A stretch of 64,000 nucleotides of DNA, from positions 1,428,001 to 1,492,000 of the forward strand of contig CM075990.1 of the NCBI GenBank assembly GCA_038087875.1, given 5' to 3'. Position numbers and translations under genes: made by a program. The notes beneath the pieces were generated by a model, which saw only the letters and a program-made list of their open reading frames with translations, was not told the DNA's origin and did no database searches. Positions 50,901-63,648 of this stretch are shown piece after piece; the first letter of the stretch is position 1, and every line of letters starts with the position of its first letter. This DNA is from Malacoraja senta. Lineage: Eukaryota.

Positions 50901-53900
50901 GGGGGGAGAGAGAGAGAAGAGGTGAGAGAGAAGGGGGAGACGGGAGCGTGGGGTTCATTTTCCCAAACAAGCCATAGGTGACTGGGCAATCTGCAGCCAA
51001 GCACCAAGTTGAAAGGGGCCGAATGTATGCATCGCTCGGGACAGCCCCCACTCTCCCACGGCCACCCTCCGCGGGCTGCGGGTCTGGTGGAGCGGAGGTT
51101 TGGGACAATGTTCATGTCTTCACAGTGATGTGATGGACGCGAGGGTCTGGACCAATCGCTGACAAGTCCCGCCCCCCGCAACGTTCAGTCCGTTATTGGA
51201 CTTTTCTGTTGAGCGGCAGTCAGTCCATTGGCCTGTGGGCGACGCCGCCATTCGGGTAGTTGGCGTTACGACAGAGCGGCCATTCGGTAAGTTTGCTTTT
51301 AGGCGACGCTGCTTTTCGGTTCCTTAGGTTTAGGCGTCCAGCCCATTCGGTTAGTTTGCATTTAGGCGTCCCATCCCTTCGGTTAGTAGGCGTTTCGTCT
51401 TCGGACTCTTTCGGTTTATTGGCGTTTCGGCCTAGCTTCCATTCCGTTGTTTGGCTTCGCCTTCTTTGCTTCGGCTTCTTGTCTGTCGGCGCCACGTCCG
51501 GGTACCATAATCTATACCTTTTCTCCAGAGATGCTGCCTGACCCACTGAGTTACTCCAGCACTCTGTGATACGTCACCTATCCATGTACTCCACAAATGC
51601 TGCCTGACTCACTGAGTTATCCAGCACTTTGTGCCTATTTTCCCTTCACCCATCTGCCCAAACCCACCCCCCCTCCTTTTCTATGTTCCTTTCCACCCAT
51701 AAACCTCTCTCTCGCTTTACATTTCACTCTTCTTTCAAATCTGCTTTACTTATCTACATGCATTTTTCTTCTTAACTTTTTAGTCAGTGTGGAAACAGGC
51801 CCTTCAGCCCAACTTGCCCACACCGACCAACATGTCTCATCTACAATAGTCCCACTCACACGCGTTTGGTCCAGATCCATCTAACCTGTCCTATCTGTAC
51901 GTGTCTAAATGTCTCTTAAACATTAGGATAGTCCCAGCCTTAACTACCTCCTCTGGCAGCTCGTTCCATACACCCACCATCATAGAAACATAGAAACATA
52001 GCAAATAGGTGCAGGAGGAGGCCATTCGGCCCTTAGAGCCATTGTGATCATGGCTGATCGTCCCCTATCAATAACCCGTGCCTGCCTTCTCCCCATATCC
52101 CTTGACTCTCCACTAGCCCCTAGAGCTCTATCTAACTCTCTCCTAAATCCATCCAGTGACTTGGCCTCCATTGCCCTCTGCGGCAGGGAATACCACAAAT
52201 TCACACAACTCTCTGGGTGAAAACGTTTTTTTCTCACCTCAGTCTTAAATGACCTCCCCTTTATTCTAAGATGCGTCCTTTGTGTGAAAAAGCCACCTCT
52301 CAGATTCCTGTTAATTTCTGAAATATTGGTCATAAATTTGGGGCAAATGCTCCAAAATAAGGCTCGGAATGCATGCAACACAATACAATACAATACCATT
52401 TATTGTCATTTGAACCTCAAATGAAGTTCAAACGAAATTTGGTTTCTGCATTCATACAAACAGTAAAAAGAACCAAGACACTACACAATTTACACAAACA
52501 TCCATCACAGCGAATCTCCTCCTCGCTGTGATGGAAGGCAAAGTCTTATCTCTCCCCTGTACTCCTCATTCTCCTCCCGATGTCAGAGTCAGAGCCCCCG
52601 GCGGGCGATGGAAAATAAGTCCCGCGGCCATTAAAGCGCGCCGGGCGATGCAAGGCGGCGCTCGGGGTCTTGATGTTCGAGCCCCCGCTAGCGCTAACAA
52701 GCCCCGCGGCCATTAAACCGCGCCGGGCGATGTTAGACCCAGCTCCAGGTCATCTTCAACCCCGCAACTCGGGCGGGAGAAGTCGCCGTTCCGGGAGCCG
52801 CGAAAACCGGTCTCCCACCAGGGACCCGCGAGCTCCCGATGTTACCGTCCACCAGACCTGCGGCTGTAGCCTCCGAATCTCCGGGGTCGGGTCACAGCCG
52901 CGCTTCACCGCAGCTCCTCCACGCTCCGAACTCGGCCAGCTCCACGATGGTGAGTAGTCCGCAGGCTCCGCGACTGGAGCCCCAGGTCGTTCCGGTTGGA
53001 GGCCTCTCCACGGTGCTAGGCCGCAACGACAACGGAGACCCGACAGAGAAAGGTCGGGTCCTCCATACAGGGAAGAGATTTTTTAAGTTTTCCCCTCCCC
53101 CCGCCCCCCACATATACACAGTTAAAAACAATATAAAAAAACACAAACAACTACATTTAACTAGACAAAAATAAAAAAAAGACAGACGGACTGCAGTCGA
53201 GCCGCTGTCGTTAGGCGCCGCCACTTCCGGAAGGTGCATCAGAGAGCATATAAAACCCCAGAGCTTCCAGGGCCCTTAAGCGGGCCCTGTACCCCGGCAT
53301 CGAGGGACTTCGCGCTTCACATTATTTCACATTAAAATTTGTGTAATCCTGTCATGCCACCCCACTTTTTGAAAAGCTTCGTGCGGGCCTGTATATACAT
53401 ATTGTCTGTGACCAAAGATAGACACAAAATGCTGGAGTAACTCAGCAGGACTGGCCGCATCTATGGAGAGAAGGAATGGGTGACGATTCGGGTCGAGACC
53501 CTTCTTCAGATCTGCAGAACTTTCCAACACTCATTGTTTGTGACCACGTTGCGCGGGATAGTGATGGGCTAGAAAGGTGTCACAGGTGACATTCAATGAT
53601 TGCGCATACTTTCGACGGAACATATTCGAGGGTCGAAAGACCTCCTCCGATTACTGTGCTTCTGTTCTGTTTTCACAAGTTGTGATCTGGGATTTGAATG
53701 TCGATCAGACCGATGGGAAAACCTCCTCTGCTCCGCCGCTGTCCCTGAATTTGCAACGTTTACAGGGCGTGTGGTTCAGTGACCTGACCAGTCTTCGTCG
53801 GTCAAGGACTGAGGTGGAAGATGGCGAGAATTCTCTGTTTCTCTTGTCTGGTGAGATCCATATTCCGAATTGACAAAAATGTTCAGCAGCGGGATTACCA

Positions 53901-54067
53901 CATCTGATGAACACGGTGCGTTATATAAAAATTGACGCAGAATTAGGTGAACGACTATGCCCGGATTCTTGAGTTGGAAGTGAACTGAGTTTCCTCATCT
54001 CCGTCCAAAATGGCCTCCACTTATTCTTGAACTGTGACCCCTTGTTAAGTACTGCAGTGGTAAAGTA

Positions 54068-54140
54068 GCCGAAATAGCTCAGTTGGGAGAGCGTTAGACT
54101 GAAGATCTAAAGGTCCCTGGTTCAATCCCGGGTTTCGGCA
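54068..54140 (+). tRNA. tRNA-Phe-GAA: tRNA-Phe(GAA), intact
   Basis: 73-nt canonical sequence, identical to 33566-33638. Confidence 0.97.
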
Positions 54141-54639
54141 ATGGTATTTATGACTTAAAAATTTAAATCAGTTAAATCAGCGTTCATATGTATGGTTTAT
54201 TCCAGCGCTATTATTCGTGACGCAGCCGTCAGTGCCGCTCAATCAAGGGTTAACGTTAACCTCCGGTGTTCTTTGACTGTCTTTCTGCCTCCATGTGACA
54301 TTAAATTTCCAGCAGGTACCTCGATTTCCAGTCAAACACCACCAAACACCACAGACATGCGATCGGTAAATAAATTGGCCATGTAGCTCACCCTTCAGAA
54401 CAGGGCGTTTCGTGCATGGTATACGGCGGGATGTAGCTCAGCTACATAAATAGGGGAGGAATGGACGATAACATTTTAACGCAGAGTGAGATGTTGCGCT
54501 TCGGCAGAACGACAGATTTATTAACGTCTGGCGGGTGTATCTTTTACACCCGCAGACAAAAATTCAAACCAGAGATAGATCCTTGGTGTATTGAGAGGAT
54601 GATTCTCGTGACATTAGACACTGAAAAAGTCTGAGCAAT

Positions 54640-54712
54640 GCCCGGGTAGCTCAGTCGGTAGAGCATTTGACTCTTAATCTCATGGTCATGGGCTCGAGCC
54701 CCACGTTGGGCG
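54640..54712 (+). pseudogene. tRNA-Lys-CTT: tRNA-Lys(CTT) pseudogene
   Basis: Changes vs canonical: C7G, G28T, A29T, G44T, G49A, T54C; these disrupt the acceptor, anticodon and T stems. Confidence 0.85.
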
Positions 54713-56538
54713 ACAGTTTCTTTGACAATTATCTATGGCAAACATATGTCTACCCAGCGAATAGTTCAGGAATACTCTGCATTTGGGGGGAATCTAAGGA
54801 TTTTATACCTTTCAAACCCATCGGTTACATTTATTGGAGACAATTAACAGCAAGATGTGTTTTCTTTATCGTGAGATAAAACGACAAAGGTTGTGAGCGC
54901 CCAACCTACCAAACTGATCCCCCTTGGCTCCGCACTTCCACTCCCCCTCCCATTCCAAATCCGACCTTTCGCTCCTGGTCCTCCGCCACAGCCAGGGTGA
55001 GGCCCAGCGCAAATTGGAGGAACAGCACCTCATATTTCGCTTGGGTAGTTTAAACCCCAGCGGTATGAACATTAACTTCTCCAATTTCAGATAGTCCTTG
55101 CTTTCTCCCTCGTTCCCCTCCCCTTCCCAGTTCTCTCACAAGCCAACTGTCTCCGCCTTTTCCTTATAATTTTCCCGCCCCCACATCAGTCTGAAGCAAA
55201 GATAATGGTCTGATTCTGAAGAAGGGTCTCGACCCGAAACGTCGCCTAATCCTTCTCTCCATAGATGCTGCCTCACGCGCTGAGTTTCTCCAGCTTTTCT
55301 GTCTAATTTCGGTGACCAGCAGGCAAAGGATAAGACTGTTGGGTAGTTTTGTGACATTGTCGGCGCCAACATGTGGAGACAATTATGTACTGCATAGGTT
55401 ATATGCAAAACAAGGTATTTCACTGCACCTAAGTACCCTAGGTACATTCGGCAATAAAGTATCATTCGTTCGTTCATTCATTCATTCATTCATTCATTCG
55501 TTGGTTCGTTCATTCATTCATTCAATTCTGTAACTGATCTATATCTCACTGTAAACCTTGATAGTCTTACACACAACCTATGATCCCAGTAATCTTGGTG
55601 TAAAGTGCAAACTTACGAACCAACCGTCTACATATATATATTATATATATTATATATATATTATAAACAGCGGATCACAGATCCATGTAGAACTCTCGGA
55701 TTCTGGCTTTTTGACACTAATTTTGGGGATATTAATTCTTTTGTATTGTTATCTGAGTATTGTCTATTCGGGTTTATTATGCTACTCCAAGCAAGCATTT
55801 TGTTGTGCCATTGAATGTACATATGACAACAGACATTAGACAATAGGTGCAGAGGTAGGCTATACGACCGTTCGAGCCAGCACCGCCATTGAATGTGCTC
55901 ATGGCTGATCATCCACAATCAGTACCCCAATTTGTTGCCTTTTCTCCATATCCCTTAACTCCGCTCTCCCGGAGAGCTTTATCTAACTCTCACTTGAAAG
56001 CATCCAGAGAACGAGCCTCCACCGCCCTCTGAGGCAGATAATTCCACACACTCACAACTATCTTTGTGAAAATCTTTTTCCTCATTTTCGTTCGAAATGG
56101 CTTACCACTTATTCTTAAAATATGGCCCCTGTTTCTGGACTCCTCCAACATTGGGAACATGTTCCTGTCTCTAGCGTGTCCAAACCCTTAACAATCTTAT
56201 ATGTTTCAATAAGATCTCCTCTCATCCTTCTAAATTCCAGAGTATACAAGCCAAGCCGCTCGAATTTATCAACATATGACAGTCCCGCCATCCCGGAAAT
56301 TAACCTTTAGAAATTACGCTGCACCCCCTCAATGACAAGAATAGACACTAGACAAGAGACAACAGGTGCAGGAGTAGGCCACATGGCCACTCGAGCCAGC
56401 ACCGCCATTCAATGTGATCAAGTTTAGAGACCAAAACTGCATACAATACTCCAGGTGTGGTCTCACTAGGGCCCTGTACAACTGCAGAAGGACCTATTTG
56501 CTCCTATACTCCATTCCTCTTGTTATAAAAGTCAACAT

Positions 56539-58922
56539 AGAAAAAGCGTTTGATCAAGTAGAATGGGACTATATGATCAAAGTATTGCAAAAATTCCAAT
56601 TGGGAGAAAACTTTATTGCATGGATAAAACTACTATATAACAAACCTACGGCTAGAATACTAACTAATAATATATTATCTTCAAAATTCGAATTATCTAG
56701 GGGCAACAGACAAGGATGTTCACTATCACCGCTGTTATTTGCTTTGGTAATTGAACCCCTTGCTGAAAAAATAAGAACACACTCGAATATTCACGGTTAT
56801 AACACAAAATATTCAAACAACAAACTATCCCTATATGCTGATGATGTACTACTGTACATCACAAAACCACAAATTAGTATACCAAATATATTAAACTTAA
56901 TTGAGGACTTTGGATCCTTTTCAGGATATAGAATAAATTGGAACAAAAGTGAAATTATGTCGATTAAACCAAAAGACTCAACACATCTCAGGAAATTCCC
57001 TTTTAAAATAGCTATGGAAAAATTCAAATATTTAGGAATTGAGATTACTAGAAATTACCATGATATGTTTAAAGCTAATTATAATCCCCTACTTAAGAAA
57101 TTAAATAATTTGATTAAATTTTGGAAAACACTTCCGATGTCCTTAATAGGTAGGATAAATGCTATAAAAATGATTTTCTTACCACAAATCCTTTACCTAT
57201 TTCAATCAATACCTATATATCTCCCAAAAAAGTTTTTCAAAAAACTGGACTCAGACATTACAAATTTTATATGGGATTACAAATCCCACAGAATACAAAG
57301 AACACACCTTAACAAACGAAAAGAGTTGGGGGGTCTAGCGCTCCCTAACTTTATGTATTATAACTGGGCAGTAAATATGAAAAATATGATTCACCTGCTG
57401 GACAATTCTGCCCAGCAGGTGGACTGGATTATAATGGAAAAAGGGGATTGCTCCCCGAATAATATAGGAGCGATTATTCTCTCTCCAATAAATTTGAATA
57501 ATAAAAATTATAATAAAAATCCAATTATATATAGCACTATTAGAACATGGAAGCAAATAAAACAGAATCTAAAATTAAGAAACCTATCTCTCTTAATACC
57601 AATAGTCAATAACCCATCGTTTAAACCTTCAATCATAGATAAATCATTTATACAATGGGAAAGAATGGGAATCAAAACGCTCGAAGATCTGTATGAATTA
57701 GAAAAATTACTATCATTCCAACAACTACAACTGAAATATAATTTGAAAAATAATCAATATTTTAAATATCTACAAATCCGTGACTATTTGAAAACACACA
57801 CAAAAGATTATTATAATATGCCTTCCGACTTACTAGATGAAGCAATGAAGACAAAGGCGGAATCAGTTAATTTAATATCATACTTATATAATATCATCTT
57901 AAATATAGAAATACCCACAACAGATGGAATTAGAAGAGATTGGGAACAAGATCTAGGTATAAAAATTTCAAAAGAGAGTTGGGATAATCATTTATTACAG
58001 GTGCATAAATGCTCGATCAACGTACGACATACGCTTATCCAATTTAAAACATTACATAGATTATATTATTCAAAAACCAAACTAAATAAAATCTTTCCTA
58101 ACGTCTCACCAATCTGTGATAAATGTATATGTCAAGAAGCTACCATAGCACATTCTTTTGTCTTTTGTACAAAAATCCAAAAATTCTGGTTTGAAATATT
58201 TGATATTTTTTCAAAATTAATCAAAATAAAACTGGTACCAAAACCAGAATGGATTATTTTTGGAATATCGGAAGGTATTCCTGAATTAAACGTGTATCAG
58301 AAGAATTTACTCAATTATGGGCTAATAATGGGAAAAAAGCTTATACTTAAATTCTGGAAAAATGCGCCCACACCAACAATAAAAATGTGGACATCAAATA
58401 TGTTGGAAACATTACATCTGGAAGAGATGAGATTCCTCCTAGTAGGCAAAGTAGACCAATTTCAAAAGACGTGGTCTACGTTTTTGGACCTATTACAAGC
58501 ATGAGGTGCAATAGTAATTTAGAAAAACAAATAAATAAATAAAAGGTATCTGGACCTGGTAATGGGAGGTAAAATAAAAACAGACTTGGTTGGTAGTTCC
58601 TTCTCTATGAAGTATGTTATAAGAGTTATAATAGAGCGATTGTTCCTTCTTTCTTTCTCTTTCTTTTCTAGGGTCTATTTTCTAACTTTACTTCCTTCTC
58701 TAACTTCTTTTCTAAGGGGCTTTCTTTTCCCAACACTCTTTTGCACTTCACAACCTTTGCGCACTTTCTTCACTTTTCTTACTTCTTTCTTTTTCTTTCT
58801 TAAAGTTTAAAAAAGTGAAGCGGTACAAAAAATGTATTAATATATACGTGTTGTACATTACTGTAATCTACCGTACTTCTATTAAAAAAATTATTTAAAA
58901 AAAAAATAAAAAAAATAAAAAA
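56539..58922 (+). mobile_element. Young 5'-truncated L1-clade LINE (unit 3 only)
   Basis: TSD AAAAGTCAACAT (56527-56538, 58923-58934), 3' UTR, ATTAAA and A-rich tail; empty site at ~11675-11686 and ~36919-36930. Confidence 0.93.
56540..58504 (+). CDS. L1 ORF2 (partial: RT + C-terminal cysteine-rich domain), uninterrupted
   Basis: EKAFDQVEW, GNRQGCSLSPLLF, LYADDVLLY, KYLGI, CDKC..ATIAHSFVFC; open frame to the stop at 58504. Confidence 0.88.
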   Translation, partial: EKAFDQVEWDYMIKVLQKFQLGENFIAWIKLLYNKPTARILTNNILSSKFELSRGNRQGCSLSPLLFALVIEPLAEKIRTHSNIHGYNTKYSNNKLSLYADDVLLYITKPQISIPNILNLIEDFGSFSGYRINWNKSEIMSIKPKDSTHLRKFPFKIAMEKFKYLGIEITRNYHDMFKANYNPLLKKLNNLIKFWKTLPMSLIGRINAIKMIFLPQILYLFQSIPIYLPKKFFKKLDSDITNFIWDYKSHRIQRTHLNKRKELGGLALPNFMYYNWAVNMKNMIHLLDNSAQQVDWIIMEKGDCSPNNIGAIILSPINLNNKNYNKNPIIYSTIRTWKQIKQNLKLRNLSLLIPIVNNPSFKPSIIDKSFIQWERMGIKTLEDLYELEKLLSFQQLQLKYNLKNNQYFKYLQIRDYLKTHTKDYYNMPSDLLDEAMKTKAESVNLISYLYNIILNIEIPTTDGIRRDWEQDLGIKISKESWDNHLLQVHKCSINVRHTLIQFKTLHRLYYSKTKLNKIFPNVSPICDKCICQEATIAHSFVFCTKIQKFWFEIFDIFSKLIKIKLVPKPEWIIFGISEGIPELNVYQKNLLNYGLIMGKKLILKFWKNAPTPTIKMWTSNMLETLHLEEMRFLLVGKVDQFQKTWSTFLDLLQA

Positions 58923-61198
58923 AAAAGTCAACATGCCATTCGCTTTCTTCACTGCCTGCTGTACCTGCATGCCTTTCAGTGACCGATGAACGAGGACTCC
59001 AGATCATGTTGTACCTCCCCTTTTGCCAACTTGACACTATTTAGATAATCTAACTTCCTGTTTCCGTCATCAAAGTGTATAACCTCATATTTATCCACAT
59101 TAAACCGCATCTGCCATGCGTCTGCCCACACACCCAACCTGTCCGACCGCCCTGCATCCTCATACCATCCTCCTCACAGTTCACAATGCCTCCCGGCTTT
59201 GTGACATCTGCACATTTGCTAATGTAACTTTTAATCCCTTCATCCAAATCATTAATATATATTGTAAACAGCACCCAGCCTTGCGGGAACCCACTAGTTA
59301 CTGCCTGCCATTCTGAAAGGGACCCGTTAATTCCTACACTTTGTTTCCTGTCTGCCAACCAAGTTTCTATCCATGTCAGCACCCTACCACCAATACCATG
59401 TGCTTTAATGTTGCCCAGTATTCTCCTATGTGGGATCTTATCAAATGCTTATGACAATTAAATACTCATGACTCTACTCTCTGGAAAAGAATGGAAGGGT
59501 GGGGACCAAAACGGGTAAATCCAATTGACGTAGAGGGCGTCACTGTCGACATGGACATGGTGGGCCATGAGGACCCGTATCTGCGGTCAACGATTCCATA
59601 TTTATTTGAATCTAATGTCGAGGGCCTGTTCCGAGATGTGCGAGGAAATTACGAAGCACCCAAAGCTTTAAAACTGCTGCTGATAAGGGAGGGAGCGAAG
59701 ATGTTAAGAACCATTTATTGAAATCCGGTCCCGGGCCGTAAGGGGTTCATGGCGAGGCAGTGAGACACGCTACCGGAGGTAGAATTCCCTTCATCGGAGA
59801 CTCTGTGAAAACCGGGCAATGAAGGTTCGGTGCCAGTGATCTTAAGTCTACGGATACTGACGATTACAACGCCATTTGCAGGTACAGGATCAATCAAATC
59901 AATTATTCCAAATCCATGCGGATCTTTACATTGAAATCAAAAGAGATTAAAGAGAGTCGAATTTATGCAGGCACTACAGGGCAGCTGATAAATCATACTT
60001 ATGGGTGCTGGGGATAGCGCGCTGGGAAGGAATCGCCAGATGTAGAAGGGGTCCGTGGTGAACGTGACAGACAGATATATGAAAGCCGGGGTGCTGAGAG
60101 AGATGACAGCAATTATTGTGTGTAGGATGGAACTGCAGATGCTGGATTACACCGAAGAGAGACACAAAATGCTGGAGTAACTCAGCGCGCCAGGCAGCAT
60201 CCATGAAGAAAATGTATAGGCGACGTTTCGGATCGAGACCGTACTTCAGATTGAGATTCAGGGATGTGGGTAACTAGAGGTATGAAAAGGTACCTATGAA
60301 AAGCAGAGATTACTCTGATGACCAAAGAGCTCACAATGGTCCATTGTTGGCTGAGGAAGAGGTGAACACGGAGGGATAAGAACAGTCAAACGATCAAAAC
60401 GACTACGGTGGGGGAGGGACGGGGAGAGAGAGGGAATGCAACTGTTACCTGAAATTAGAGACATCAATTATCATACCTGTTGTGTTCTTAGGAATTACTT
60501 TAGATTTATTTAAGATGTTCCATTATTAGAGCAGGGGTTCCCAACGTTTTACGTCCCGTTTACCCCAGGCAACTTTTCGAAAGTAAATTTACCCTCACCC
60601 TGTTTTGTTCAGTAATTGAGTTTACACTTCTACCATAATAAAGCAACCGACAAAGGGGATCTTTTAAAATACTGTTTTTAACATTATTATTTTAAGTTTC
60701 AGAATCAACAAATTTACACCCCGGGAGCCTTCGCTCTAGATCATTGAGCTCCTTGGTTATATCAGGATCAGAGGGGCCTCGCGGTTCTCCAAGCCAAGAC
60801 GTCACGATGCAGCTCTCCCTGACATTCAAATATGCACTGCATAAAATGGGAATGGTCGGGGGAGGGGGTGTTGGAGATCACAGGTAAGTAGATTAGATTG
60901 AAGATGATAGCAACAAAAAGCTGGAGTAACTCAGCGAGACAGGCAGCATCGCTGGAGTGAAGGAATGAGTGACGTTTCGGGTTGACAACCTTCTTCAATA
61001 ACCTCCATCTTAACACCACAAAAACCAAGGAGATAGTTGTGGACTTCAGGAGGGGGAGGAGGAAGACTCAAGCAACACCAATCACCATTAGGGGCACTGA
61101 GGTGGAGGTGGTCGCTAACCACAGGTACCTACCTAGGTGTGCAGCTTGACAGGGAGCTGGACTGGAAGTGTCATATGGTGGCGGTGTACAGGAAGGGA

Positions 61199-62766
61199 CA
61201 TAGATACATAGATACATAGAAAATAGGTGCAGGAGTAGGCCATTCGGCCCTTCGAGCCTGCACCGCCATTCAATATGATCATGGCTGATCATCCAACTCA
61301 GTATCCCGTACCTGCCTTCTCTCCATACCCCCTGATCCCTTTAGCCACAAGGGCCACATCTAACTCCCTCTTAAATATAGCCAATGAACTGGCCTCAACT
61401 ACCCTCTGTGGCAGAGAGTTCCAGAGATTCACCACTCTCTGTGTGAAAAAGTTTTTCCTCATCTCGGTCTTAAAGGATTTCCCCCTTATCCTTAAGCTGT
61501 GACCCCTTGTCCTGGACTTCCCCAACATCGGGAACAATCTTCCTGCATCTAGCCTGTCCAACCCCATAAGAATTTTGTACGTTTCTATAAGATCCCCTCT
61601 CAATCTCCTAAATTCTAGCGAGTATAAGCCAAGTCTATCCAGTCTTTCTTCATATGAAAGTCCTGACATCCCAGGAATCAGTCTGGTGAACCTTCTCTGC
61701 ACTCCCTCTATGGCTATAATGTCCTTCCTCAGATTTGGAGACCAAAACTGTACGCAATACTCCAGGTGTGGTCTCACCAAGACCCTGTACAACTGCAGTA
61801 GAACCTCCCTGCTCCTATACTCAAATCCTCTTGCTATGAAGGCCAACATACCATTCGCTTTCTTCACTGCCTGCTGCACCTGCATGCCTACTTTCAATGA
61901 CTGGTGTACCATGACACCCAGGTCTCGCTGCACCTCCCCATTTCCTAATCGGCCACCATTTAGATAATAGTCTGCCTTCCCGTTTTTGCCACCAAAGTGG
62001 ATAACCTCACATTTATCCACATTATACTGCATCTGCCAAACATTTGCCCACTCACCCAGCCTATCCAAGTCACCTTGCAGTCTCCTAGCATCCTCCTCAC
62101 AGCTAACACTGCCCCCCAGCTTAGTGTCATCCGCAAACTTGGAGATGTTGCTTTCAATTCCCTCGTCCAGATCATTAATATAAATTGTAAATAGCTGGGG
62201 TCCCAGCACTGAGCCTTGCGGTACCCCACTAGTCACTGCCTGCCATTGTGAAAAGGACCCGTTTACTCCTACTCTTTGCTTCCTGTTTGCCAGCCAGTTC
62301 TCTATCCACATCAATACTGAACCCCCAATACCGTGTGATTTAAGTTTGTATCCTAATCTCTTATGTGGTACCTTGTCGAAAGCCTTCTGAAAGTCCAGAT
62401 ACAACACATCCACTGGTTCTCCCCTATCCACTCTACTAGTTACATCCTCGAAAAATTCTATAAGATTCGTCAGACACGATTTACCTTTCGTAAATCCATG
62501 CTGACTTTGTCCAATGATTTCACCACTTTCCAAATGTGCTGCTATCCCATCTTTAATAACTGACTCTAGCAGTTTCCCCACTACCGATGTTAGACTAACT
62601 GGTCTGTAATTCCCCGTTTTCTCTCTCCCTCCCTTCTTAAAAAGTGGGGTTACGTTTGCTACCCTCCAATCCTCAGGAACTACTCCAGAATCTAAAGAAT
62701 TTGAAAAAATTATCACTAATGCATCCACTATTTCTGGAGCTACTTCCTTGAGTACTCTGGGATGCA
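61199..62766 (-). mobile_element. Young 5'-truncated CR1 LINE nested in Rex1
   Basis: (TATCTATG)n tail and open ORF2; splits the Rex1 reading frame. Confidence 0.93.
61298..62766 (-). CDS. CR1 ORF2 reverse transcriptase (partial, uninterrupted ~490 codons)
   Basis: [58 protein letters not shown] with no stops. Confidence 0.88.
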
Positions 62767-63545
62767 TTGTATTTTTTAAGGAGGCTGAGGGCATTTAACA
62801 TCTGCCAACCCCTACTGTGCAGTGTCTACCATTCAGTGGTGGCCAGTGCTCTGTTTTTTGCGGTGGCCTGTTGGGGAGATGGCGCTCGCATAGCGGACAA
62901 AAACAGACTGGACAAACTGATCAGGAAGGCCGGTTCAGTGGTCGGGGCTGAGCAACGAACGGTCCAGCAGGTGGCAGAGGCCAGAACTCTGAAAAAACTG
63001 GGTTCTATAATGACCAACCCCACTCACCCACTCCATGCCCTGAAGGTGATCAAGAGCAGCAGCTTCAGTCAGAGACTGATTGCACCAATGTGCAAAACGG
63101 AGAGACATAGGAAGTCCTGTTTACCAGCTGCGATAAGGTTATATAATGCGCATAAATAACTGCACTTTTTTTAAATTAATTGTATTTTAACTTGTATTTT
63201 CACTTGTATTTTAACTTGTTAAGTATGGAAGCTATTCGTGGTGTTATGTCTATCTTGAAGCTGTCGTGGCATTGTAATTTCCTGCAAAGGATTATTAAAG
63301 GTATAATCTAATCTAATCTAATCTAATCTAATGATTAGATTAATTTGGCATTATGTTAGACACTGATATATTGGACCGATTGGACCTGTTTCTTAGCTCC
63401 TGTACTGTATGTATTATGTTATTTCGGGATGTTCAATAAAGCGATCAATTCAGCAAAAACATATTTGATGCTGTCACCATTTATAAATCAAGATGTGCAA
63501 AATACGCCTTGGAATTCCAGTAAATTTTTGAACGACAAAAACGTT

Positions 63546-63617
63546 CTCCCCGTCGGGGAATTGAACCCCGGTCTCCCGCGTGACAGGCGGGGATACTTAC
63601 CACTATACTAACGAGGA
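63546..63617 (-). tRNA. tRNA-Asp-GTC: tRNA-Asp(GTC), intact
   Basis: Canonical sequence with D-loop GGTAAG variant; T5 run just downstream. Confidence 0.95.
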
Positions 63618-63648
63618 ATCACAATATCTTTTTTGTTGTGAAGCAGGA

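Larger units (their letters stand above)
60999..63331 (+). mobile_element. 5'-truncated Rex1/Babar-type LINE (unit 3 only) interrupted by CR1
   Basis: NLHLNTTKTKEIVVDFRR...YLGVQLD...YRKG | LYFLRRLRAF...PAAIRLYN; (AATCT)n tail ~63305-63331; absent at the equivalent site ~13440. Confidence 0.8.
46643..63648. repeat. Tandem macro-repeat unit 3 (partial, more diverged)
   Basis: Collinear with units 1/2 up to just past tRNA-Asp. Has its own insertions and lacks several shared by units 1/2. Confidence 0.9.

Noticed and set aside
56414..56538. N-terminus of the 696-aa ORF as a novel fusion protein
   Set aside because: It is antisense CR1 sequence fortuitously in frame with the 5'-truncated L1, it starts at GTG, and it lies outside the TSD-bounded element.
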